NCBI GenBank assembly: GCA_046758445.1
Contig: JBHIAE010000020.1
Span: 1-53,917 of the forward strand
Direction: 5' to 3'
Origin: Candidatus Thorarchaeota archaeon
GTDB lineage: Archaea > Asgardarchaeota > Thorarchaeia > Thorarchaeales > Thorarchaeaceae
Length of the DNA stretch: 53,917 nt
Position numbers and translations under genes: made by a program. The notes under the pieces were generated by a model. The model was not told where the DNA came from. It searched no databases and saw only the letters and a list, made by a program, of their open reading frames with translations. Positions 9,776 through 19,028 of this stretch are shown here, piece by piece (the stretch's first letter is position 1; every line of letters starts with the position of its first letter).

Positions 9776-10939
9776 TCATTGGTTTCCCTTGGTTCGCTTG
9801 GTCCGTGTCGCACCGTACTTCTCAGTGTCATAGAAAGGCCAGCCTGTGACCTCGGCCTTCCTTATACGACCCTTGATGTCCACTTCTACTACGTCGCCCT
9901 CTTCGACGACTCTGGGTCTGACAAAGGCCAATGCTATCCCCTTCTGTAGAACTGGTGACATGCCTCCACTAGTGATCTCGCCGATCGGCTCACTCTTGAG
10001 TAGTACGGGATATGGCTTTCTTGGAATGCCCCTATCAATCATGATGAGGCCAATGCGGGTCTTCTTGACTCCTTCTTCCTTCTGTCGCTTGAGTTCATCA
10101 TATCCAATATAGTGGGGATCAACCTTGAACTTGACAGCATATGGGATTCTGGCCTCTAATGGGGAGGATTCCTCGTCAAGCTCGTGTCCATAGAGCACCA
10201 GACCTGCCTCAAGCCTTGTAGAGTCTCTCGCACCAAGGCCACAAGGTCGAATATCCAGCTCTTCGCCCTCCTTGAGAAGCTGTTCCCAGAAGTCAGTCGC
10301 TCTCTTCTTACCTGCGTCATTGAATGGTGTATTGAGAACAAGAATCTCTGCACCGTCCTCTCCCGTGTAGCCGGTTCTACACAAGTAGCAGTCGTATCCT
10401 GCGAGTGTTACAAGGTGACAGGTGAACCTCCCATATTCATTGAGGTCCTCATCGCTCATTTTTTGCAACAATGCCATGGCCTTGGGGCCCTGTACGGCAA
10501 TCATAGTGATCTCTCTGGACTTGTCGTGCACGTCAACGTCAAAGTCCACTTTGTACTTCATCAGATGGGCACGAATCTTTGGTCCATTGACCGCATTAGT
10601 GACCCAGATAAACTCCTGTTCTCCAACTCGATAAAGCATGAGGTCGTCACGGACTCCTGCACGCTCATTGAGGCAAGTGGTATAGTGGCCTCGGTTCACT
10701 TTCAACTTCCTAACATTGTTGGTCGTCAGAGTCTGGAGGAACTCCATGGCCTGTGGCCCTCTTATCATGAACCTATACATGTGAGAGGTGTCGAAGATAC
10801 CGACCGCGTCACGTACGGCCATATGTTCCTCACGGATGTCGGTGTATCGGACTGGCATCTCCCACCCTGCAAACGGGACCACATCGCCGTATGTCCTGTG
10901 CCATTCATAGAGGTGCGTGCGTTCAAGCTTCTCGGTCAT
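9776..10939 (-). CDS. gcvT: Glycine cleavage system T protein (aminomethyltransferase)
   Basis: FAGWEMPVRY, GIFDTSHM, RTGYTGEDG.E, GLGARDS.RLEAG..LYGHE. Confidence 0.96.
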   Translation of the reverse strand: MTEKLERTHLYEWHRTYGDVVPFAGWEMPVRYTDIREEHMAVRDAVGIFDTSHMYRFMIRGPQAMEFLQTLTTNNVRKLKVNRGHYTTCLNERAGVRDDLMLYRVGEQEFIWVTNAVNGPKIRAHLMKYKVDFDVDVHDKSREITMIAVQGPKAMALLQKMSDEDLNEYGRFTCHLVTLAGYDCYLCRTGYTGEDGAEILVLNTPFNDAGKKRATDFWEQLLKEGEELDIRPCGLGARDSTRLEAGLVLYGHELDEESSPLEARIPYAVKFKVDPHYIGYDELKRQKEEGVKKTRIGLIMIDRGIPRKPYPVLLKSEPIGEITSGGMSPVLQKGIALAFVRPRVVEEGDVVEVDIKGRIRKAEVTGWPFYDTEKYGATRTKRTKGNQ

Positions 10940-11026
10940 GGCAATTCACCATAAGTCTTACAGCGTCTGGGCACTTGCGCTAGGTTTTATTTCCTTTCAT
11001 CTATACCCTGGTCGAGGTAGTTCCAA

Positions 11027-12241
11027 TTGACTCCCCACACAGTAAGAGTTGGCAAGGCGGAGTTGGGTGCCAATCATCCAGTTCGTATAATGGGGGTTCT
11101 CAACCTCTCCCCCGAGTCCTTCTATTCAGGCTCGGTGGCCACCACAGAGGGACAAATCAGGGATAGAGTCAGACAGATGGAGAAAGAGGGGGCGGACATC
11201 ATAGACATCGGCGGTGCATCCACAGCGCCCACGAGCATCTATGGAACGTCTGCTGTTACAGAGGAAGAGGAGCTTGAGAGAGTGGGTCCTGCCCTTGATG
11301 TGGCCAGAGAAGCCACCAAACTGCCACTTTCAATAGATACCACTTCCTCGGTGGTTGCGAAGAAGGCAGTGGACTTGGGAGCATCACTAGTTAACGATAT
11401 TTCAGGACTTCGGAAGGATCCAAAGATGGCAAAGCTTGTTGCAGACCTTGAAGTGCCAGTTGTTTTGATGGCAATGTGTAAGAAGCCTTGTGATAGTGTG
11501 CTGAAGTCAGTGAGTGCGCTTCGAGAGTCCATAGAGATATCTGAAGGTGCAGGGATTCCGACCAACAATCTCATAGTAGATCCGGGGGTTGGCTTCGGGA
11601 AACCTGCTCAGACGGACTATGACCTGCTCAGAAGACTGCCTCTGTTCACCATGTTTGGACACCCTGTACTTGTGGGAGTTTCAAGGAAAGCCTTCATAGG
11701 CGATCTGCTCGGGCTCTCAGACCCCGAGGACAGATTGATTGGCAGTGCTGCAGCCACGGCAATCGCTGTTGCCAGGGGTGCTGATGTGGTTCGTGCTCAT
11801 GATGTGGAGGAGGCGAGGATGGCAGGGACAATTGGAGAGGCTCTGAGGGCCACCTCAAGATTGTCCGAACATGATGTAGAGCTTCTCAACATTCACAATG
11901 AGAGGGAAGCCGAGATTGTGATTGAAAGAGTTGGAGTGGGTTCTACTATCAGGCCGGCCCTGTCAAAGAAGGCAGTGACTCTCAATCTCTTGTTAAAGGA
12001 TGTGAGAACACCTGCGGCATTGATTATCAAACAAGAGATGCTTGCTCTTGGAGGAGATGCGGCTTACCACCGTGATACGATTGACTCCGGTGTGGACAGT
12101 ACAGACATGCTGATGATGGGGACTCCTATTCAGTTGGAGAAGCTGACTAAGAAACTCTCCAAGATGACTTACTTCGGCCTTGATAAGACTGCTGAGATGA
12201 TGGACAAGTTGTTGGACTTACGTGAACGTCGCCTGTGGTGA
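11027..12241 (+). CDS. folP: Dihydropteroate synthase with extra C-terminal domain
   Basis: IMGVLNLSPESF, DIIDIGG.ST, VNDISG, VDPGVGFGK, GVSRKAF, VRAHDV. Confidence 0.92.
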   Translation: MTPHTVRVGKAELGANHPVRIMGVLNLSPESFYSGSVATTEGQIRDRVRQMEKEGADIIDIGGASTAPTSIYGTSAVTEEEELERVGPALDVAREATKLPLSIDTTSSVVAKKAVDLGASLVNDISGLRKDPKMAKLVADLEVPVVLMAMCKKPCDSVLKSVSALRESIEISEGAGIPTNNLIVDPGVGFGKPAQTDYDLLRRLPLFTMFGHPVLVGVSRKAFIGDLLGLSDPEDRLIGSAAATAIAVARGADVVRAHDVEEARMAGTIGEALRATSRLSEHDVELLNIHNEREAEIVIERVGVGSTIRPALSKKAVTLNLLLKDVRTPAALIIKQEMLALGGDAAYHRDTIDSGVDSTDMLMMGTPIQLEKLTKKLSKMTYFGLDKTAEMMDKLLDLRERRLW

Positions 12242-12246
12242 GATGG

Positions 12247-12960
12247 ATGAAATGGTCAGAGTGGAAACCACAGTATGATGACATAGTGGTCAGGCTCGGT
12301 CTGAATCCAAAGGCTGACCGTCAAGCCACAGCGATTCTGAGCTCTCTTCTTGAGAATAGGGATCCATATCCAGTTTTGGAAAGGATTGAGAGGCTGATCA
12401 AAGACAGACAAGTCATTGTATGCGGTGCAGGTCCATCGCTCGAACGTCATTTGAAAGAGGCAATTCCCTTAGAAACTCTGATGGAATCAACGTGCGTCGC
12501 CTCAGACGGGGCAGCGTCGGGACTCTTGGAACTCGGCCTTAGTTGCGACATTTTGGTGACAGACCTCGACGGGGATCTTCAGAATGTCCGCGAGGTAATA
12601 AGGAGAGGTGCAATCCCTGTAGTGCATGCTCACGGGGACAACATAGACCTAGTGAGAGAGATTGTCCCTACGCTTGAAACAGTCCTCGGCAGCACCCAAG
12701 TTGAGCCGACTGATCGTGTGTTCCTTTGGGGCGGATTCACTGACGGGGACAGGGCATGCCATCTTGTTTCACACTATGGTCCTTCAAGAGTGATACTTGC
12801 CGGAATGGACTTCGGCAGCGTTGTTGGTCGCTGGTCGAAACCAGGACACTCGAGTAACTACCCTGCCGATGACCAGAAGAGAGCGAAGCTAAGCATAGCA
12901 GAGGAGCTGATAGCGAATCTTATCTCAGATGGTAGTTTCGAGTGTACTCTGTTGAAGTGA
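12247..12960 (+). CDS. mptE: 6-hydroxymethyl-7,8-dihydropterin pyrophosphokinase MptE (DUF115)
   Basis: GAGPSL, ASDGA, VTDLDG, HAHGDN, GGFTDGDRA, GMDFG; directly downstream of folP. Confidence 0.9.
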   Translation: MKWSEWKPQYDDIVVRLGLNPKADRQATAILSSLLENRDPYPVLERIERLIKDRQVIVCGAGPSLERHLKEAIPLETLMESTCVASDGAASGLLELGLSCDILVTDLDGDLQNVREVIRRGAIPVVHAHGDNIDLVREIVPTLETVLGSTQVEPTDRVFLWGGFTDGDRACHLVSHYGPSRVILAGMDFGSVVGRWSKPGHSSNYPADDQKRAKLSIAEELIANLISDGSFECTLLK

Positions 12961-13013
12961 GAAGGATTGTTTTCTCTGTCAGTCAACAACTGGAGCCTTT
13001 GTGGTCTTGATTC

Positions 13014-13430
13014 TTATGAGAGCTTTTCTGCCATCATGTAGGTCAGAACAAGAAATGCGGTGCCAGCCAGCAACATGCCTAGTACAATCAGACGGGTTGC
13101 GTAGCCTGGTTGGAAGACGTACTTCGAGGCGTAGTATATGAGGCCAAGCCCGAGGGTTCCAATCATTACCACGACAGAGGCAACTATGCCTTCCATTCCG
13201 AGCTGAAGGTCGAGGCCAGGGGCAATCAGGATTGGAGCGCCACCGGAGGGATTGCCTACGATGGCTGGAGGAGTTCTGATCAGTGTGTAGATGTTACCTC
13301 CAAGGATGAACAGTATCGCAACAAAGACTAGTGCGAATACAACGGTGTCTGGAGGCCTGGACGGCATCCCAAATCGGGGTCTTCTGAGCCTTACTCTTGG
13401 CTTTACTATGAACCGCGGCCACCAGGGCAA
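13014..13430 (-). CDS. OSTC/DC2-like (OST3/OST6-family membrane domain) oligosaccharyltransferase subunit
   Basis: 3 TM helices; GG.IY..I..PP..G and Q..MEG..AS motifs; N-terminal P+basic segment as in DC2; probable TTG start at 13430. Confidence 0.78.
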   Translation of the reverse strand: MPWWPRFIVKPRVRLRRPRFGMPSRPPDTVVFALVFVAILFILGGNIYTLIRTPPAIVGNPSGGAPILIAPGLDLQLGMEGIVASVVVMIGTLGLGLIYYASKYVFQPGYATRLIVLGMLLAGTAFLVLTYMMAEKLS

Positions 13431-13521
13431 TTCTATACACCTGAGCGGTCTGGTTTGGCGGTCTGCTTTTAAGACTATCGTGGGAAAGAGGATTGTACCA
13501 AACAATGAGAGGCGACACAGA

Positions 13522-15654
13522 CTGTCTAGAATCCTGATAATCTCTGAGAAACCGACCGCCGCAAGAAGAATCGCTGAGGCGCTGGATCAAGACGGTTCTC
13601 CTGTGGAGATAAAGAAGAGAAAGGTGTCATATTACGAGTGTAGGAGAAACGGAGATACTCTTCTGGTTGTGTATGCTCTTGGACACCTGTTTGAATTGCG
13701 CCAGACGGAGAAGGGTTGGACATACCCAAGACTGTCCACAGAATGGGTTCCGAAATATGAGGTCAGTAAGAAAGCGACGGATATCAAGCCAATTATCAAT
13801 CTGATCCGGAAGATATCGAAGGATGTGGACCACTTTGTTGTTGCCACAGATTACGACATAGAAGGCAGCCTAATCGGTTATTTGACATTGAAGCACGCAT
13901 GTCGAGCTGATCCCAAGCAGGCAAAACGGATGGTCTTCTCCACACTTACAAGAACTGAATTGGGAACGGCCTATGAGAATATGACACCAACTCTCGATTT
14001 CCCAATGATTGAGGCGGGTCACGCGCGCCATGAGATGGACTGGCTCTATGGAGTCAATCTCACAAGGGCCCTCACACTCGCCATAAAGAACGCTTCTGGT
14101 TGGTTCAAGATTGTTTCCACCGGTAGAGTGCAAGGACCAGCACTAGCATTTGTAGCCGAGCGTGACCGTGAGATCAATGTCTTTGTACCCACGCCATTCT
14201 GGACAATCCTTGCAACCGGCAGTAGCGATGGCCATGACTTTGAACTGGAATACTCAGTGAAACGAATCAATGTCAAGAAGGATGCAGATGATATTGTAGA
14301 TGAGCTCCAAGATGAAACTGCGATTGTGGAATCCATAACTGCAAAGAAGATATCACAAAAACCACCAGTCCCCTTCAATCTCAGCGGCCTTCAGTCTGAG
14401 AGCTATCGTCATTTCGGTTTCAAGCCCAGTAGAACGATGGGAATAGCTCAGAAGTTGTATCTTGACGCACTAATCTCCTACCCCCGAACTGGAAGTCAGA
14501 AGATTCCTCCTAGTATTGATGTTAAGGGAATCCTCGGCGATTTGAGAGAACAGAGGAAGTACCGCAGCCTTGCCACTCAGGTTCTAGACCGTGGTAATTT
14601 GACCCCAGTCCAAGGGAAGAAGGATGACCCGGCTCACCCGGCAATTCATCCTACAGGAACGATGTCTGAAAGAAGACTCACACCGAGTGAGAGCAAGGTA
14701 TACGACCTCATTGTTCGGAGGTTCATGGCTCTATTCGGGGAAGCAGCTGTCAAGGAGAAATTGCGAGCGGATATCAAGTCGGGAGTGCACCTTTTCTATC
14801 TGAGAGGGTTGAAGGTTCTCAAGCTTGGTTGGATGGCCTTCTACGACCCATACGTAAAGCACAACGAGAGGCTTCTTCCTCCAGTTGGCAAGGGTGATGA
14901 GGTTTCGCTCACATCAGTGACGACTGAAACCAAGCATACGTCATCACCTCCCCGTTTCAATCCGTCAAGCCTCCTGAAACTCTTGGAGAAAGAGAATCTT
15001 GGGACTAAGGCCACCAGAGCCTCAATTGTTGACTCTGTAAGGTCCCGAGGATACACTCTTGGGGATAGATTTGAGGTGTCTACTCTTGGATACGCACTCT
15101 TTGAAACACTGAACCAATACGTTCCAGAGATATTGTCTGCCGAGTTTACTCGTGGTTTTGAGTTAGAGATGGAGAGTATTCAGGCAGGAAAGACCGACAG
15201 ACAGAACGTGTTGGGACGTGTCGGGACAGAGCTTGTTCAGCTGCTTGAGCGCTTCAAAGGGCAAGAAGAAGTCATCGGAGAAGCCCTTGTGAGCGGGCTA
15301 CAACGTTATTGGAAGGCAAAAGAAGAGGTCGGCTCTTGTTCCAAATGTGGAATAGGCACTCTCACCATAGTGCGTTCTCCAAAGACAGGAAAGAGGTTCG
15401 TTGGGTGCACGCAATACAAAGAAGGTGGTTGTGACCAGACCTTTCCGCTCCCACAAAAGGGAAACATTAAACCTCTGGACAAAGAGTGTCCCCATTGTGG
15501 CCATAGAATGATGAAAGTGTCATCCGGAAGACGAGCTTGGGAGACCTGCATCAATTGGGCTGAGTGTCCCGGACGACAGGATGATTTGAAGACTCTGCAG
15601 GAGAAACGAGAGAAAGCTGCCCGTTCTGTTAGGGAGGAAGGTACAGATGAGTGA
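13522..15654 (+). CDS. topA: Type IA DNA topoisomerase (TopA/Topo III-like) with C-terminal Zn ribbons
   Basis: IISEKP, ATDYDIEG (Toprim), STGRVQ, ISYPRT catalytic Tyr, AHPAIHPT, LGTKATR; start uncertain (possible CTG at 13522; ORF open from 13291). Confidence 0.95.
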   Translation: MSRILIISEKPTAARRIAEALDQDGSPVEIKKRKVSYYECRRNGDTLLVVYALGHLFELRQTEKGWTYPRLSTEWVPKYEVSKKATDIKPIINLIRKISKDVDHFVVATDYDIEGSLIGYLTLKHACRADPKQAKRMVFSTLTRTELGTAYENMTPTLDFPMIEAGHARHEMDWLYGVNLTRALTLAIKNASGWFKIVSTGRVQGPALAFVAERDREINVFVPTPFWTILATGSSDGHDFELEYSVKRINVKKDADDIVDELQDETAIVESITAKKISQKPPVPFNLSGLQSESYRHFGFKPSRTMGIAQKLYLDALISYPRTGSQKIPPSIDVKGILGDLREQRKYRSLATQVLDRGNLTPVQGKKDDPAHPAIHPTGTMSERRLTPSESKVYDLIVRRFMALFGEAAVKEKLRADIKSGVHLFYLRGLKVLKLGWMAFYDPYVKHNERLLPPVGKGDEVSLTSVTTETKHTSSPPRFNPSSLLKLLEKENLGTKATRASIVDSVRSRGYTLGDRFEVSTLGYALFETLNQYVPEILSAEFTRGFELEMESIQAGKTDRQNVLGRVGTELVQLLERFKGQEEVIGEALVSGLQRYWKAKEEVGSCSKCGIGTLTIVRSPKTGKRFVGCTQYKEGGCDQTFPLPQKGNIKPLDKECPHCGHRMMKVSSGRRAWETCINWAECPGRQDDLKTLQEKREKAARSVREEGTDE

Positions 15655-15892
15655 GTGTCCAGTTTGTGGACGTCAGAGTGACAGTGAAAACGCGCTCTGT
15701 CAGTATCATAATCTGGCCATGGAGAATCTGCAGAAAGAATTCGAGGTCTGGAAGAGAGCCTTGGATATCGATTGGGAGTCCTATCTTGATTACGTATATG
15801 CATTAGAGAGCCTAGGGACTTGGGTCAGAGATGTCATAGATCACATCAGGTCAGTAGATGATTCTTCAGAGATGTCATTAGCTCGATCATGA
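15647..15892 (+). CDS. Small Zn-binding hypothetical protein coupled to topA
   Basis: CPVC...CQYH motif; start overlaps the topA 3' end; GGAGG upstream. Confidence 0.7.
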   Translation: MSECPVCGRQSDSENALCQYHNLAMENLQKEFEVWKRALDIDWESYLDYVYALESLGTWVRDVIDHIRSVDDSSEMSLARS

Positions 15893-16190
15893 CCTTCTGA
15901 GTCATTCCCTTTACAGCCACAACAATCATGCAGGTCTTACCTGTCCAAGACACTATCCTCTCGGCGAGTGTACGAGCCAAGATTGTGTCTAGACCTTCAG
16001 AGAAGAATCCCGAAGATGCTGGCTCTGATTCGTCTCGACCAGGAGGCACTGCAACTGCCGACAGGCCTAGTCGGAACTTGTCTGAATCAGTCAGGAGAAC
16101 CAGAGTGCCATTCTCGAGGTCCATCACTCGTATCCTGATTTTGCCCATATCAGTGTCTGACTCAAGGTGTCTGATATCTTTGAAGTCCAT
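15846..16190 (-). CDS. Proteasome assembly chaperone 4 (PAC4/PSMG4)-like protein
   Basis: 114 aa from ATG 16190; VMxL, L..AVA, SxP.S, DT...LA.R...T.K pattern matches PAC4 as recalled. Confidence 0.62.
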   Translation of the reverse strand: MDFKDIRHLESDTDMGKIRIRVMDLENGTLVLLTDSDKFRLGLSAVAVPPGRDESEPASSGFFSEGLDTILARTLAERIVSWTGKTCMIVVAVKGMTQKVMIELMTSLKNHLLT

Positions 16191-16307
16191 GGACGAAACC
16201 CAGTCGGTGATTCTCGTTTCTTGATAAATCCCTAACGGATTGATGATTTTGGATGCAGATGGCAACAGTGTTATCAGGTGAACGTCGGTCACAAGTGTGA
16301 GGTATAG

Positions 16308-18239
16308 ATGACTGAGAAACTCACCTACACGGAGTTCTTTCCGTATCAGGAACCACGCAAGGGCCAAGATGAGATGATGATTAGCATTGATGATGCGGTA
16401 CGAGATGGTACTCATATCTGTGCTGAGGCCCCTAACGGATTCGGAAAGACATGTGCTACATTGAGTGGTTCCTTACCTTGGGTGAGAGAGAACAACGGTA
16501 AGATTCTGTATTGTGCACGAACGCACAGACAGTTGGACCGCGTCATGGAAGAGTTGGACACCATCCTAAAGAAGATAGAGGTAAGCGGAGCTTCACTTCG
16601 AGGTAGACGGCACATGTGTATCAATCAGTTTGTCTTGGAGAACGCTGACCTAGTGGCACCAATAAGTGAAGTATGTGGACAGTTGAAGGCCACTCGAAGA
16701 TGTTCATACTTTGAGAAACTGAGAAAGGCCGGGTCCCCAGAGGACCTTCTGGCGGATATGCCAAAACGCGTGCTTACTGCTCCTGAATTGGTTGACATTG
16801 GTAGGAGCGGATCGATTTGTCCGTATGAGCTTGCGAAACGCCTTGCGAAGATTGTTGACGTTGTCGCCCTGTCCTATCTCTACGTCTTCGATCCCTGGAT
16901 TCTGGAGACCTTCGCGCCTGAACTTGAAACTCCTATGTCAAGGATGGTCCTTGTGCAGGATGAGGCGCATAATGTTCCCCATACAGCACTTGACTCGGCC
17001 AGCGATTCGCTCACGATTGGTGCTGTGAGGCAGGCGATGCGAGAAGCGACCACATACAATGACTCCATCTCCAAGGAGTTCTCTCGGAGTCTTGCAAAGT
17101 GCATAATGGAGCTGTCCACAGAGATGACGGATAATGATGAGAGAGCCATCGACCCACATGCTGTATTCAGACTCGCTCTCGAGGGTTCGGGAATGAGTCC
17201 GGAAACAGACGCTTTGGGTTATATGAAGAGTCTTGGAGTTAAGATTCGTAGGGGTCTTCTAAAGGCCGGGAAGTTCCCTCGATCGTCCATCCATCGTGTC
17301 GCTGATTTCATGCAACGATGGTTAAGGTGTACCGAACGTGACGATTATTCCTTCATACTAGCATCAAGACGTGGGGCAAAGGAAAGCAGGAAAGTGTCAC
17401 TGGATCTTCTAGCACTAGACCCTACGGCTGTAACGAGCCCAATTCTGAATCTTGTGCACAGCTGTGTGGCAATATCGGGGACTATCTCGCCGATGGATGC
17501 GTACTCTGAGATGCTAGGTTTCGGGCCCAACGCAACGAAGGCATCCTTTAGGAACCCATTTGCCATGCGCAACAGACTCTGTCTCATAATAGAGGGCGTA
17601 GACACCTCATTCCAAGCGCGAAACGACAAGATGTTTGGAAGATTGGTTGACCACTGCGTGGCAGTGGCACATGCGACTCCAGGAAATACTGGCATTTTCA
17701 CCACCAGCTATCTTGTTGCCAAGTCACTCTTGAAAGCTGGGCTTGAAAAACGTCTGAAGATGAAACTGTATCAAGAGAAGCCAGGTATGAAAGGGACTGA
17801 GAATGACAAGATGATTGAAGACTTCAAGCGAAAAGGAGAGAAAGGTGGTGCTGTTCTCTTGGGCGTTCAGGGAGGACGTAATTCCGAGGGAGGGGATTTT
17901 CCGGGCCCGTCCATGGAGAGTTCGGTCGTTGTTGGGGTACCATATGCAAGACCAACACCCCGAATGTCAGCATTGATAGAATACTATGATAAGAGATTCA
18001 ATAAGAAGGGAAGAGATTACGCATATGTTTTGCCTGCAATGACGCGTGCCATTCAGGCTGCCGGGAGGCCCGTTCGGAAACTCGATGATAAAGGAGCGAT
18101 AATCCTGTTAGATCAAAGATTCACTACTCCACATCTCAAGAGATTCATTCCGTCATGGCTAGAGGAGGTTGCGCAGACAGTCCCAGACAGTCCACATATA
18201 GTAGCACAACAGGTGGAAACCTTCTTCTCGAGTCAATGA
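16308..18239 (+). CDS. xpd: XPD/Rad3-family Fe-S ATP-dependent DNA helicase
   Basis: EAPNGFGKT, RTH.Q, four Fe-S Cys incl. CPYE, DEAHN, SGTISP, SEGGDF, QAAGRPVR..DDKG. Confidence 0.94.
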   Translation: MTEKLTYTEFFPYQEPRKGQDEMMISIDDAVRDGTHICAEAPNGFGKTCATLSGSLPWVRENNGKILYCARTHRQLDRVMEELDTILKKIEVSGASLRGRRHMCINQFVLENADLVAPISEVCGQLKATRRCSYFEKLRKAGSPEDLLADMPKRVLTAPELVDIGRSGSICPYELAKRLAKIVDVVALSYLYVFDPWILETFAPELETPMSRMVLVQDEAHNVPHTALDSASDSLTIGAVRQAMREATTYNDSISKEFSRSLAKCIMELSTEMTDNDERAIDPHAVFRLALEGSGMSPETDALGYMKSLGVKIRRGLLKAGKFPRSSIHRVADFMQRWLRCTERDDYSFILASRRGAKESRKVSLDLLALDPTAVTSPILNLVHSCVAISGTISPMDAYSEMLGFGPNATKASFRNPFAMRNRLCLIIEGVDTSFQARNDKMFGRLVDHCVAVAHATPGNTGIFTTSYLVAKSLLKAGLEKRLKMKLYQEKPGMKGTENDKMIEDFKRKGEKGGAVLLGVQGGRNSEGGDFPGPSMESSVVVGVPYARPTPRMSALIEYYDKRFNKKGRDYAYVLPAMTRAIQAAGRPVRKLDDKGAIILLDQRFTTPHLKRFIPSWLEEVAQTVPDSPHIVAQQVETFFSSQ

Positions 18240-18997
18240 ACAACCGCATCCAGAATGCTCTCAATGGATTCCTCATCCAATAGTATCGACTTTGCCTCAG
18301 CTTTGGTGAGAGCTATCTTACCATCAGTGATTCTGGAGAAGAGATGCTTTAACGACTTTACGTATCCATCCTTCACCTGCAGAACTAGGTCGTCGTCAGT
18401 CACAAGACGCCCTTTTCGAGCTGCGATTAGCACTGCTGACGATTGATCAGACTCACCAACCTTCGTTGTATGACGTTCATCTACGAGCTCTACTCGAGAT
18501 TCAGTGAAAGCATTCTGGATTCCACGCAGGTAGAGTGCGGAATACAATCTTGAACCACTTCCGACGCGTACAAGGACTCTGCTTGGAAGAAGGTCATTGA
18601 AGTAATCGATCCACTGCAGGGTGTCGTTCGCCGCAATTGAAGGAGTCTGAGCAGTCTTTGTGTATATCGTGTTGCCGTCAGCCACTAGGGCCAAGCCGAT
18701 TTGCATTCCAGGATCAACTCCTACAACTACCATTGACGGCTCAAGAATACCCTGCAGTCTGAGCATGATTTCGATTGCCGTGGTGTCCTGATTGAAGATA
18801 TCTTCAACCACCACAAGGCTCTGGGCTGCAAGATTCTTTGACTCACTTGCTGTTGTAACTACGACTTTTGCGGTGGCACACTCCTTGTCATCTGGTGTAC
18901 ATAACACGAAGCCGATGTCCAATCGTTTGAGGAGATCGACAACCAGATAGAGTGTCTTGGAGTTCCTTGTGGCGACGGCGACTTCAAGACCCGACAT
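18233..18997 (-). CDS. Conserved archaeal hypothetical protein with RNase H-fold (YqgF/RuvC-like) motif
   Basis: VVGVDPG..IGLA, VRVGSG, VDE..TT, D..SA..IA. Confidence 0.65.
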   Translation of the reverse strand: MSGLEVAVATRNSKTLYLVVDLLKRLDIGFVLCTPDDKECATAKVVVTTASESKNLAAQSLVVVEDIFNQDTTAIEIMLRLQGILEPSMVVVGVDPGMQIGLALVADGNTIYTKTAQTPSIAANDTLQWIDYFNDLLPSRVLVRVGSGSRLYSALYLRGIQNAFTESRVELVDERHTTKVGESDQSSAVLIAARKGRLVTDDDLVLQVKDGYVKSLKHLFSRITDGKIALTKAEAKSILLDEESIESILDAVVH

Positions 18998-19028
18998 TAC
19001 GGCTCTCCTTCTGAGCTATGCTTATCAC

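Noticed and set aside
10184-10954. 256-aa ORF antisense to gcvT, and similar shadow ORFs throughout
   Set aside because: They fully overlap well-supported genes on the other strand and have no motifs
13291-13521. N-terminal extension of the topA ORF as given in the track
   Set aside because: It overlaps the DC2-like gene on the opposite strand and precedes the Toprim homology
16191-16415. N-terminal 75 aa of ORF 15846-16415
   Set aside because: It overlaps the xpd start and promoter region; ATG 16190 is the better start
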